64,000 nt of DNA from Thainema sp. (GCA_052168235.1 JBQLZK010000028.1:1-64000), one strand, 5' to 3'. Positions 21,407-30,428 are shown, counted from the stretch's first letter. Translations and numbers: made by a program. Notes: generated by a model not told the origin, from the sequence alone.

Positions 21407-21663
21407 TCCTGGTTTGCCTGCTGGAAGCGCTCCAAAATGCCGTTGACAAACGTTTCGCCATCAACCGGAGCCGTATGCTTTGAGGCTTCAATTGCTGCAT
21501 CAACCTTTGCCCGAATGTTTTCGACCCACTCCGCTTCGGAGCGATCGTACTCATCGAGCAACCGCAAAGCAATTTCTAGAACCTCTTCGGCGGAGTGATA
21601 TTTACCCGCTTGCAGCTTGGTTTGGATAAAGCGTTCTTGGTCAGGAGTGAGACTGATACTCAT
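21403..21663 (-). CDS. ParD-type ribbon-helix-helix antitoxin
   Basis: MSISLT..ERFIQ..GKY.SAEEVL..ALRLL; overlaps parE start. Confidence 0.88.
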   Translation of the reverse strand: MSISLTPDQERFIQTKLQAGKYHSAEEVLEIALRLLDEYDRSEAEWVENIRAKVDAAIEASKHTAPVDGETFVNGILERFQQANQE

Positions 21664-21698
21664 ATAAACCTCTTTGCCAAACTACCAATTATTTTAGT

Positions 21699-21742
21699 GC
21701 GATCGCAGTTTGCCAATCCTCGCTGTGAGAAAGTGAGATCGC
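21699..21742. repeat. 44-bp junction element, copy 3 (right HIP1 degenerate)
   Basis: gcgatcgc-agtttgccaatcctcgctgtgagaaagt-gagatcgc. Confidence 0.85.
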
Positions 21743-21802
21743 AAAAATCTAGGGTTCTGCTGACTGATTTAATAACACAACAGCAAAGGTATTGGCTTCA
21801 CG

Positions 21803-22135
21803 CTACATCAACACCAGAAGGCTTTCTGTTTCGCTACGTTCAAACTGAAGGATTGTTTCCAAGTTGTTTCTCAGAATTTGAACAATTTTTGATGTTGGGC
21901 AATTGCCGACCCGCAGATAGATAAATTTAGGTGGATGACCATAGAGTAGACTGCGCTGATGAAAATCAGCATCTTTGGAAACAATCACAAACTCATTTGC
22001 CTTTGCGTATTCCCAGATCTCCGCATCCTCTGTATTAATCAATCCCAAGCTTTTTACATGTTGAGAATTTGGATACAAATCGGTAATTCTTGGAATTATT
22101 CGGTCTGATAGATTTTCATCTAGTAGCAGTTTCAC
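21803..22135 (-). CDS. DUF5615 PIN-like toxin, copy 2
   Basis: Protein identical to 20397-20729. Confidence 0.88.
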   Translation of the reverse strand: MKLLLDENLSDRIIPRITDLYPNSQHVKSLGLINTEDAEIWEYAKANEFVIVSKDADFHQRSLLYGHPPKFIYLRVGNCPTSKIVQILRNNLETILQFERSETESLLVLM

Positions 22136-22356
22136 AGCGGTGCCACAAATAGCTTTTTCTCACGATCTGCTGCGAATGCAAGGCAGGCTTTAATATCTTC
22201 CGAGGTGAGTTCAGAGAAGTCTTCCAGAATTTCCGCCTCGGTCATTCCACCAGCCAAATATTCTAGGATGTCATAAACTGTGATTCTCATTCTCCGAATA
22301 CACGGTTTACCACTGCGCTTTCCGGGTTCAATCGTGATGATGTGTTGGTAGTCCAT
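22132..22356 (-). CDS. DUF433 antitoxin, copy 2
   Basis: One amino-acid difference from copy 1 (TET vs TEA). Confidence 0.9.
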   Translation of the reverse strand: MDYQHIITIEPGKRSGKPCIRRMRITVYDILEYLAGGMTEAEILEDFSELTSEDIKACLAFAADREKKLFVAPL

Positions 22357-22483
22357 AAGAGCTGGCCAAGAAAGAATAGCTGTCTACATTATTACATCTG
22401 GCACTCTTGCTGCTAAGGTGCGATCGCAGTCTGCTAACCCCCAACGAAATATGAGTTACTGTAACATCCGTTGCGCTGAGCAA

Positions 22484-23545
22484 TTAGTGTGCAAACAAGC
22501 CAGAGCTTTGAGCATGATAGATATAAGCAAAACTTGAGTCTCTCAATTTAGCTCGATTATCGGAAACTTTCTTTTGTATGGATAGTGCAGCTTCAATTGA
22601 ACCTACTAATGCCACACTACCTAAAGAAGAGCTGAGGGGGATGCTGCTTATACTTGAGACGTAGCGAGCAACTTCTGCTGAAGTCAAGAGAATAGGTAAG
22701 CGAGATATCATAAGACCTTTTGCTGATCCCATAATTGCAGCGATTCCAAAGCCATCTAAGGCCTTCTTAAGATTTATAACCTCACGTTCAGCTTTTTCCT
22801 TGAACTTTACTAGAGTGATAGCAATCTCTCTGTTTGATACAGCCTGTGATAGTTCATTTTCAAGATCAGAAAACACCTCTCTCAGCGCATACAATTCACT
22901 TACATAACGCTGTTTGAATTCTAGGATGTCTGAGTAAGAGACGCTCGAAATTGGCAATGGAAGGCAATCAAAAAATCTAATATCTAGGCATGGAATACCA
23001 TTTATTTCATGCTCACTGCTTTTTCCAAAAGCAAAATTTTCATCTAAGATATTATCGGTTCCAACTGTCACAAATTGATCATCGCTTAGAGCAATGTGTT
23101 TGGCCAATATAGACATCATTACCCTAGCTGTACGTTGTTCTACATTAAGCCAAGAAGAATCTTTTGTTTCTTTTGCTAAACCATGACGATGCAGATAGGG
23201 GAGTATATCATTTGTGACTTTGTCATAATGAATCTCAAAATTGAAGTTCCAGTTAATTTTAGATCCTAGTGAATCCTTAAAACTTTTGGAACCCACAATT
23301 GATTTCAATTCGTCATTGAATTCTCTAACTGCTTGCCGTTTATTCTTTAGCCTCTCTGGTGATATGGGACGATATACATCTTTCTCTAAAAGAAAGGCCA
23401 TATCTGGATCTAATGGTTGTTCCTCGCTGTAATAAGAATCGCTGGGAACAATAGAGCTTATCTGATCCCAATACAGCAGAGCATGTTTTATCCATGTACT
23501 GTTTAAAATATCAATACTTGGGTAATAAAGTATTGTTCTATTCAT
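22484..23545 (-). CDS. AT-rich hypothetical protein, DUF6236-like
   Basis: LYYPSI..W.K.ALLYWD.ISSIVP N-terminus; DILEFKQRY..EL..LR motif; no HIP1. Confidence 0.65.
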   Translation of the reverse strand: MNRTILYYPSIDILNSTWIKHALLYWDQISSIVPSDSYYSEEQPLDPDMAFLLEKDVYRPISPERLKNKRQAVREFNDELKSIVGSKSFKDSLGSKINWNFNFEIHYDKVTNDILPYLHRHGLAKETKDSSWLNVEQRTARVMMSILAKHIALSDDQFVTVGTDNILDENFAFGKSSEHEINGIPCLDIRFFDCLPLPISSVSYSDILEFKQRYVSELYALREVFSDLENELSQAVSNREIAITLVKFKEKAEREVINLKKALDGFGIAAIMGSAKGLMISRLPILLTSAEVARYVSSISSIPLSSSLGSVALVGSIEAALSIQKKVSDNRAKLRDSSFAYIYHAQSSGLFAH

Positions 23546-23555
23546 AGTGAGTACT

Positions 23556-23582
23556 CGCAGACGTGTCGCTGATAACAATCAC
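23556..23582 (-). pseudogene. N-terminal remnant of a DUF3368 PIN toxin (MIVISDTSA)
   Basis: GTG overlapping the UPF0175 stop (GTGA); sequence matches the usual DUF3368 start, then stops. Confidence 0.6.
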
Positions 23583-23827
23583 AATCGTCCCAACTCCTGT
23601 AGGTTTTTCAAATCCAGCTCAAAATCTTCAACATCATAGGAATACAGTGGAATATTTCGCTGCTTCAGCAGTTGGCGAAATTCATTAACTGGCACATCAG
23701 CCAAACGGCTAGCATAGCCAAGCGTTAACCGACCTGTTTGAAAGAAATGTATGGCAATTTCCTGGCGAAACTCGCTGGGTGTAAGCTGAGAAGCTTGCAA
23801 AATTTCATCCGAAATAACAACACTCAT
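23579..23827 (-). CDS. UPF0175 family antitoxin
   Basis: EIAIHFFQTGRLTLGYASRLA..F.QLL..RNI. Confidence 0.85.
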   Translation of the reverse strand: MSVVISDEILQASQLTPSEFRQEIAIHFFQTGRLTLGYASRLADVPVNEFRQLLKQRNIPLYSYDVEDFELDLKNLQELGRL

Positions 23828-23890
23828 AAGAGCCACCTGCCTGACACATCTTTAGCGTAACCTAAACAATTTTGATGCCGTGCAATCATC

Positions 23891-25066
23891 TTATAGAGGA
23901 TTCGTGGCCCAAATTCGTTGCTGGGTTTTGAGATAGCGTTCGATGGAGTTTCCGGCCATGATGGCCATGTCGCGATTGGTTTTCCAGACGTAATCGATGG
24001 GTTCTAGGTAAGCTCGATAAGATGCGATCGCATCTTCATGCGTTGCAAAACTGCGATGTAATCCTTCAGATTCCTCGGTGAAACAGCGGCGCATTAGATC
24101 TTTAGCGGCGGCATCGTCTAAATCAAATACAGGCGAGGTCAAAACCTGATAGATTGTGCCGTAAAGGGCTGGGTCATACCAGAAAATGCCGTTGATGGCG
24201 GCTGAAACATGGAAGTGGTCTTTTTGGCAGCCTTGAATACCGAGATTGGCGACCCAGGTTTCCCATTTCGTCGGTGCAGGTAAGCACTTAACTACCTCAT
24301 GGGACAAAATGGTCGAGCTGCTGAAGTGGAAGCTCTCATCCATAAAGTGATAGTAGGAAATCTGGCTGGGAATGGGTGCGTTCTCTGGATCGGGATGCTG
24401 CTGGTAGAAGTTGCTCAGCTTGTGCTGCACCAGCTTGCCGTTGAGCGTTCGCAGTCCCCGCACGGTGAAATACTGACAGGCCAGAAACGTATTATCCGCC
24501 GACATTAGGCTAAAGGCGTGGAGCTGGAGCTTTTTCCAGAACCGCTTGAACCGATTCGTATCGGCAAAAATCATCGTCTCCGTAAACAGCGATCGCATGG
24601 GATAAGAAAACACCCGTTGCCCAAACAGCGCCAGTTCCACTTGTTCCGAGACGGTTTTGAACGCACTAATATGTGCCCGTTCCTGGTTGGATTCCAAGTC
24701 CAGCATGTCGCACACCTGCCGAAAGTCGTCCTGGGCAAACAGTCCGGCGGCACTGGTCTGATTGAAGTAAATGGTGGCAATTTCGGCGGAGATGATTTGG
24801 CTGTAGTACGCCACCCAGTACAGATGGTTGAGCATTATGCGCTGGCTGCTGCTGGCCTGTTCCCAGACGGGCGTGCCGTAGAGCAGCGAAAACTCTTCAG
24901 CCTGCCAATACTGATCGCGACAGTCGGCATAGTTGAAGCGCTGAGCCGCTTGATCGAGGAGCTGTGTACGATCCTGGGCTTTGTTGCGCCGATAGTTAAT
25001 TTCAATCTTTTTGCAAAGACGGGGATGCTCGGTTAGGGTGTTGGACTGGGGGGGAAGGAGAGGCAT
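23891..25066 (-). CDS. AurF/CylC-like dimetal-carboxylate enzyme
   Basis: SLLYGTP.W, SAEIAT, ERAH and DESFH (EXXH) metal motifs. Confidence 0.75.
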   Translation of the reverse strand: MPLLPPQSNTLTEHPRLCKKIEINYRRNKAQDRTQLLDQAAQRFNYADCRDQYWQAEEFSLLYGTPVWEQASSSQRIMLNHLYWVAYYSQIISAEIATIYFNQTSAAGLFAQDDFRQVCDMLDLESNQERAHISAFKTVSEQVELALFGQRVFSYPMRSLFTETMIFADTNRFKRFWKKLQLHAFSLMSADNTFLACQYFTVRGLRTLNGKLVQHKLSNFYQQHPDPENAPIPSQISYYHFMDESFHFSSSTILSHEVVKCLPAPTKWETWVANLGIQGCQKDHFHVSAAINGIFWYDPALYGTIYQVLTSPVFDLDDAAAKDLMRRCFTEESEGLHRSFATHEDAIASYRAYLEPIDYVWKTNRDMAIMAGNSIERYLKTQQRIWATNPL

Positions 25067-25143
25067 GGGCTGTAGAGTGTTTTGAGGCTGTAGATAAAGT
25101 AAGGAGTGAAGCGTGAGGCGTAAGGACTGAAAGTAAAAGAGAA

Positions 25144-25199
25144 GTAGGCTGCTGTATAACCCTTCAGGTATGGCTACACTAAAGCGAAGCGTAACGCAC
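25144..25199. repeat. 56-bp composite GTAG REP-like element
   Basis: 50/56 identical to 55967-56022; contains GCGAAGC. Confidence 0.8.
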
Positions 25200-25408
25200 G
25201 GAACAGGGCTGTAGAAGGCTGTAAAGATTGAGTTTTTAATTTTGAATATTGCAATGATTCCCTAAACTCAAAACTTAACACTCTTCACTCCTCTCGCCTC
25301 TCGCCTCACTCTCCAAGCCGAGAATCTAAATTGTTGATTATCAGTGGGTGGCTAATAGATATACTGCGCTGAAATAGTGGGTAAAAGGCGTAATAGGAGA
25401 CAGAAAAG

Positions 25409-25756
25409 ATGGCGGCACTCAGCGGACAAAAATGCGTTCCTTGCGAGGGTGGGGTTCCTCCGGCGACGGAGGCGGAAATTGAGGAGATGAAGCAGCAGGT
25501 GCCGGATTGGCATATTACTCGTGTGGATGGTTCGCCTCGGCTGCATCGGGTGTTCTTTTTCAGTAATTTCCAGAAGGCGATGGAGTTTACGCAGCAGGTG
25601 GGTGATGTGGCGGAACAGGAAGGCCATCATCCGGTGCTGGTGACGGAGTGGGGTAAGGTGACGGTTACGTGGTGGACGCACGCGATCAATGGTCTACACC
25701 AGAACGATTTCATTATGGCTGCGAAAACGGATGAGGTGGCACAGCAGTTGAATTAG
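25409..25756 (+). CDS. phhB: Pterin-4-alpha-carbinolamine dehydratase
   Basis: CVPCEGG, AEQEGHHP, WTHAINGLHQNDFIMAAK. Confidence 0.9.
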   Translation: MAALSGQKCVPCEGGVPPATEAEIEEMKQQVPDWHITRVDGSPRLHRVFFFSNFQKAMEFTQQVGDVAEQEGHHPVLVTEWGKVTVTWWTHAINGLHQNDFIMAAKTDEVAQQLN

Positions 25757-25810
25757 TCTAGAAGGGTATTACTGTCCACTATTGCCCAATCATCCTAGAA
25801 GAGGTCGCTA

Positions 25811-26071
25811 ATGACTCAGCAACTGCTTGATCTAATTCAGCAAGCTGAAGCTCTCTCTATTGAAGATCAGCTTACTTTGATTGCTCACTTAGCTCAGAAT
25901 ATTAAAACCACAACCGATCAAACCAAATCGCTTAGAGAAGGCAAATCGCTCTGGCAAATTGCAGATGATTTTGTTGCTGATGTACCCGCAGAAACGCTGT
26001 CACAGCTTCCTAGGGATGGCGCTGTAGAACATGACCACTATATTTACGGCACAGACAGAGTTCAAGCATGA
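25811..26071 (+). CDS. Putative antitoxin of the downstream PIN toxin
   Basis: LPRDGAVEHDHYIYG C-terminus; ATGA overlap with PIN gene. Confidence 0.7.
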   Translation: MTQQLLDLIQQAEALSIEDQLTLIAHLAQNIKTTTDQTKSLREGKSLWQIADDFVADVPAETLSQLPRDGAVEHDHYIYGTDRVQA

Positions 26072-26572
26072 AGTTGCTGTTTGCTGATACCTTCTTCTGG
26101 ATTGCTTTTCTGAATCCAGCCGACGACTGGCATCATCAGGTTCGGCAAACGTTTGCTAGGCTTCAGCCTTGCCAACTGATCACCACCGATGAAGTACTTA
26201 CAGAGGTTTTAGCTTTCTATTCAAAGTCGGGGGTACAACTTCGAACAAAAGCTGCGAACCTAGTTCGCGATATTCTGGCCAGTCCTGATGTAGACGTTTA
26301 TCCTCAATCTCATCAGTCGTTTTTAGATGGGTTAACGCTATATGAACAACGGTTGGATAAGGGGTACAGCCTTGCTGACTGCATCTCAATGAATGTCATG
26401 AAGCGCCAAAATATTGCTGAAATTCTCACTCATGATAAACATTAGACTTTATCGGAAATTGTTTTGTAGCGCGGCTTCGCCGCGCTACAAAACAATTTCC
26501 AACCCCAAAAACTTTATTTCCAATAAAGTCTATTTCTCCCAGGAAGGATTCATAATTCTATTCCCCGATTAG
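26068..26572 (+). pseudogene. PIN-domain (VapC) toxin interrupted near its 3' end by a MITE
   Basis: FADTFFWIA..SLADCISM..LTHDKH then stop inside the insert; frame resumes FSQEGFIILFPD* at 26534-26572. Confidence 0.8.
26444..26531. mobile_element. 88-bp MITE with 3-bp ATT target duplication
   Basis: TIR agactttatcggaaat/atttccaataaagtct (15/16); ATT at 26441-26443 and 26532-26534; internal hairpin with GCTTCGC core. Confidence 0.85.
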
Positions 26573-26614
26573 GAAAAATGCGATCGCACATTCAATTGCT
26601 GCACCATCTCATAT

Positions 26615-28630
26615 TCACGATTGCACAACCACATATCGATTACGGCCCAACTGCTTAGCTTGGTAGAGAGCTTGGTCGGCTAGATGAACCAAGGCGTCTG
26701 TGCTGCCGTCGAGTTGAGGCACAATTTGAGCGATGCCCATACTGATGGTGACGGTTTGGCTAACTTCAGATTGAGCGTGAGCAATGGCTAAATCCCGAAT
26801 CGCATTTTGCAGCCGCTGAGCAACCCGAACTGCGCCGTTTTGGTCAGTATTGGGCAGAATGATGACGAATTCTTCTCCTCCATAGCGGGCCACTAGGTCA
26901 TCTGAACGTTTCACCGCTTGAGCAGCGGCCTGGGCCACTTTTACCAAACATTCATCTCCGGCCTGATGACCATAAAAGTCGTTATAGCGCTTGAAATAAT
27001 CGACATCGAGCAGAATGAGGGCCAGAGGTCGTTGCTCCCGCACCGATTTTTGCCATTCTTGTTGAAGTCGTTCATCAAAACAGCGTCTATTCGCAATGCG
27101 GGTTAGACCGTCAAGATTAACCAGTTGCTGTAGAGCCTGTACTGCGTCGTGGAGGGCGGCCTGAGCGCGTTCCCGCTGTTGAATTTCTCGCTGTAGCTGC
27201 TGGTTAGCGCTGGCCAGTTCGCGAGTTCGATGGCTGACTTCCTGCTCTAGTTCGTGAGTGTAGTTTGCCAAGATGGCCTCAGTGCGCTTGCGTTCAGTGA
27301 TATCCTGCAAAACCGCGATCGCAGATGTCACTGCACCCTGTTCATCCAAAATGGGGGTTCCCTGCACTTCGAGGGGAATCGTCCGGTCTGGATGCCGAAT
27401 TTCCAGGTCATCATCCAGTAGGTATTCGCCTTTCAACGCTCGGCTGATCGGCAGTTGTTCAGGGGGACATAGAGTGTTTGTGCCAGCCCGATAGATTAAA
27501 TTCTGTTCGCCTGATTGAGCGGTCTTCATGCTTTGATTGAGATGAATTTGACTGGACTGAAGCAGTTGTTCAGCCATCGGGTTCATATACAGAGCAGTTC
27601 CATCTGGGCTATGAACGCTGACCCCGACTGGCAAGGCGTTGAGAAACTGATTCAGCATTGCATTGGTTTGCTTCAAGTCAGCTTTAGCCCGATTGTTTTC
27701 GTTCAAAACAGCGCTCACAATCAAGGTTGTAATGCTGATGAAGGCGATGAAGGATTGCAGTAAGGTCAATGATGAGCTGAGGGAGCTTTGGGCGAAGAGG
27801 CTACGGTTGTGAATGGTGCCGATGATTGAGATCGCAGCTATCCCGACCATCAGCAAAGTGGCACCCACCTCGCCGAACCGAAAAGCTGCCCACAGGATTA
27901 ACGGCACCACCAGGTAAGCCACCGGATAGCCGTGACTAAAGGCGATCTGGCTGACAACCAGCATCAGGAAGACAATCAGCATTCCCTCCACGGGCTGTTG
28001 GTGGAGGAGACGCTTGAAGATGGATGCATCGTGATGCCAAGCCATGATTAAGGGCGTGACGGTCATGATCGCGAAGGCATCACCCATCCACAAGCTCAAA
28101 GCAAGGGGCAGGTAATACGCCCAGGCAAATTTGCCGAGTAGACAGAGCAGCAACGGCGTGAGCACGGCGGCAAACAGGGGGCTGAGAAAGCAGTTGCAGA
28201 TAATGAAGGCCGTCGTATCGCGGGCATGGCCCAAAATGTATCGCTTATGGGTTAAGGCGGTTGTCCCATACACGCCGAGCAGCGTGCCAATGGTGCCAAT
28301 GGTGATGATCAGGATCGTGAGCAGGGCATCGGTGAGGGTGGCGAGGCCGTTATAAAGAACCGCTTGCGTCAGCAGTACCCCAAGGAGTGAGCCTAACCAG
28401 GTAGGGTATCCCCAGATGTAGATGAGTCCGACGCTGACGCCAGTGGGGAGCCAAATCGCGCTAAAGCCAGATACCGGATCGACGGCCAAATTCGAGAGGT
28501 AAGCTAGACCGAAGTAGGCGATCGCTGCAATGGCTTGCTGCCAAAGGGAAACTTGGCGAAAGTCGAGCAGTTGCGTATACCAATTGGCATCGGTTTTATG
28601 CATAACGGGGCTGGTAGATGCTGCTATCAC
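26615..28630 (-). CDS. Diguanylate cyclase with MASE1 and PAS domains
   Basis: Multi-TM MASE1 region (WAAFRFG), QDITERK, DVDYFKRYND, RYGGEEF. Confidence 0.9.
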   Translation of the reverse strand: MIAASTSPVMHKTDANWYTQLLDFRQVSLWQQAIAAIAYFGLAYLSNLAVDPVSGFSAIWLPTGVSVGLIYIWGYPTWLGSLLGVLLTQAVLYNGLATLTDALLTILIITIGTIGTLLGVYGTTALTHKRYILGHARDTTAFIICNCFLSPLFAAVLTPLLLCLLGKFAWAYYLPLALSLWMGDAFAIMTVTPLIMAWHHDASIFKRLLHQQPVEGMLIVFLMLVVSQIAFSHGYPVAYLVVPLILWAAFRFGEVGATLLMVGIAAISIIGTIHNRSLFAQSSLSSSLTLLQSFIAFISITTLIVSAVLNENNRAKADLKQTNAMLNQFLNALPVGVSVHSPDGTALYMNPMAEQLLQSSQIHLNQSMKTAQSGEQNLIYRAGTNTLCPPEQLPISRALKGEYLLDDDLEIRHPDRTIPLEVQGTPILDEQGAVTSAIAVLQDITERKRTEAILANYTHELEQEVSHRTRELASANQQLQREIQQRERAQAALHDAVQALQQLVNLDGLTRIANRRCFDERLQQEWQKSVREQRPLALILLDVDYFKRYNDFYGHQAGDECLVKVAQAAAQAVKRSDDLVARYGGEEFVIILPNTDQNGAVRVAQRLQNAIRDLAIAHAQSEVSQTVTISMGIAQIVPQLDGSTDALVHLADQALYQAKQLGRNRYVVVQS

Positions 28631-28806
28631 AGGGTGTATACCGATATTGCCCCATTAGGTTACCCAATAGTGATGTCTGAATAGGACTGGGTTCGAAGGT
28701 CGTCACAGCAGATAATCGCTAGCACCGATAAGGATAGATGCGATCGCACTTCCCCTCTCAATGTAGCTGGCACTATATGATCGGGATACAGTGTCAAAAT
28801 TAAGCT

Positions 28807-28930
28807 GTGTCTGCGAGAGATATTTTTCACGAAGCCGTTAAACAAGCGCTGCAAAAAGAACAAACGATATCAGGTCTTGATAATTGTGTATGACCCAACC
28901 AACGAGGTGATTGTGCAATGGACAAGTTAG
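28807..28930 (+). pseudogene. xisH: xisH remnant with large internal deletion
   Basis: MSARDIFHEAVKQALQKEQ fused out of frame to KRYQVLIIVYDPTNEVIVQWTS*, overlapping xisI start. Confidence 0.75.
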
Positions 28931-29253
28931 ACCAGTATCGGGAATATGTTCAGGCATTGTTACGTCAGTACGCCGAGGAGGATGCTTCGGACAATGAGGT
29001 TGATGTTCAGCTTATCTTTGATGCTGAGCGAGATCATTACCAATGGATGAATGTGGGCTGGCAGGGATTGAGCCGGGTTTATCGTTGCATCATCTATTTC
29101 GATATTAAGGATGGGAAAATTTGGCTTCAGCAGAATCTAACGGATCAAAATCCGGCAGAAGAACTGGTCGAAATGGGTGTGCCGAGGGAAGATATTGTGC
29201 TGGGCTTACAGCCTCCTTATAAACGGCAATATACGGATTATGGTGCTGCTTGA
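28918..29253 (+). CDS. xisI: XisI family protein
   Basis: LIFD.ERDHYQW..VGW, DGKIWLQ, GVPREDIVLG. Confidence 0.9.
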   Translation: MDKLDQYREYVQALLRQYAEEDASDNEVDVQLIFDAERDHYQWMNVGWQGLSRVYRCIIYFDIKDGKIWLQQNLTDQNPAEELVEMGVPREDIVLGLQPPYKRQYTDYGAA

Positions 29254-29402
29254 GGTTTAAGATGCGATCGCAGAGTTGAGCTATGAGATTGCTGTTAAAA
29301 GATGCGATCGCACCTCTTCCCACCCGCGATCGCAGTATGGAAAGCCGCTTAGCTTGATTAAAATGCTGTGACCTGCTCTTGAGTCAAGTTTTGCTGTTGT
29401 TG

Positions 29403-29654
29403 AATAAGGATTAACGGCTCAGCAATGAGCAGTTGCTGGTTTTGCTTATGTGTTAAGGCCAAACCGATAAGCGTCAGCGGCTAAGCAATAAACGTTTTGA
29501 GGTTTTGCTTATACGTTAGCGTTAAACCTATAAGCGTTAGCTGCTGGGCAGTAAGCCTTTGCTGGTTTTGCTGATACATTAGCGGCAAACCTATAAGTGT
29601 TAGCTGCAAGTGAGATATGCTTTCCTGCTGAGGAATAAGCGATTGCTGCTGGGC
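29403..29654. repeat. Twelve degenerate 21-bp units with 63-bp higher-order period
   Basis: Units ending ..gc, ggttttg, aaacc cycle in threes. Confidence 0.75.
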
Positions 29655-29872
29655 AATCAAGGTTCGGCACTTGGCAATTGTGAGATCGCACCCTGTCTAC
29701 ATCTGGAGATAAGATATCGCTGAGCTGACAATGCTTCTTAGACTTCTCAGTTAAATTCTAATGTCAGGTTAAGCTGACATTCAGAGGGAATTAAGATTGG
29801 TCTTCCACCCTAGGAACTAGAGGACAGTAAATCGTTTGATTTCGCCTCAAGTTGCCTCAAGGAGAACTGAAT

Positions 29873-30067
29873 ATGAAACGCCTAATAGCAAAACTTAGTG
29901 TTCTTGCCGTTGCTGCTATCACAGCTCCCGTCCTTAGCGCTCCTAGTGCTACGGCACTTTCTTGCTCAAACTATCTACATGAACAACTCGGAGCAGAACA
30001 GATCGGGACTGAAACGCAACTAACTGAACGGTTTGAAGAGGAACGCTGTAGAACACTAGATGAATAG
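29873..30067 (+). CDS. Small secreted peptide
   Basis: AGGAG RBS, signal peptide MKRLIAK..ATA, C-terminal RFEEERCRTLDE; terminator downstream. Confidence 0.65.
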   Translation: MKRLIAKLSVLAVAAITAPVLSAPSATALSCSNYLHEQLGAEQIGTETQLTERFEEERCRTLDE

Positions 30068-30124
30068 ACCGAATACGCCATTAACTTTTTCTACAGGTAT
30101 GTTTCGGTTTAAAGACTAAAATAG

Positions 30125-30154
30125 GCGAGCCTCCAGACGGGGGCTCGCTTTCTT
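30125..30154 (+). terminator. Intrinsic terminator
   Basis: gcgagcctcc-agac-gggggctcgc-tttctt. Confidence 0.6.
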
Positions 30155-30428
30155 CAAAAGGTGTCTATGCTGCTCAGCCAATAGTCTTCATACGGAAGAT
30201 GCGATCGCATCTCTCAACCCAAAAAGCGCGATCTCACCTCCCTGCTAATACAATTGCACCTCTCAACCCCAAAAGAAAAAATTCTAAAAGGCATGATATT
30301 ACAAAGATTTGGGCGTGCCAACAGATAAATATAAAGCTTATGCTTTCAAACATTGGGTAACATTGCAGTTCAAGATTTCTTTGTTCCACAATGGAGTAAA
30401 TTTTTCTATCACGCTCCAATCTTAAATA

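Noticed and set aside
20293..22442. CRISPR array from the recurring 44-bp unit
   Set aside because: Intervening sequences are ~650-700-bp gene cassettes, not 30-40-bp spacers; no cas genes
22428..23580. Integron attC sites around the DUF6236-like gene
   Set aside because: The upstream GTTATCA is explained as codons of the DUF3368 stub; the downstream hairpin lacks matching R boxes; no integrase
29509..29691. 60-aa heptad ORF
   Set aside because: Starts at a HIP1-like site without RBS, and the repeat continues past its stop; treated as a repeat tract
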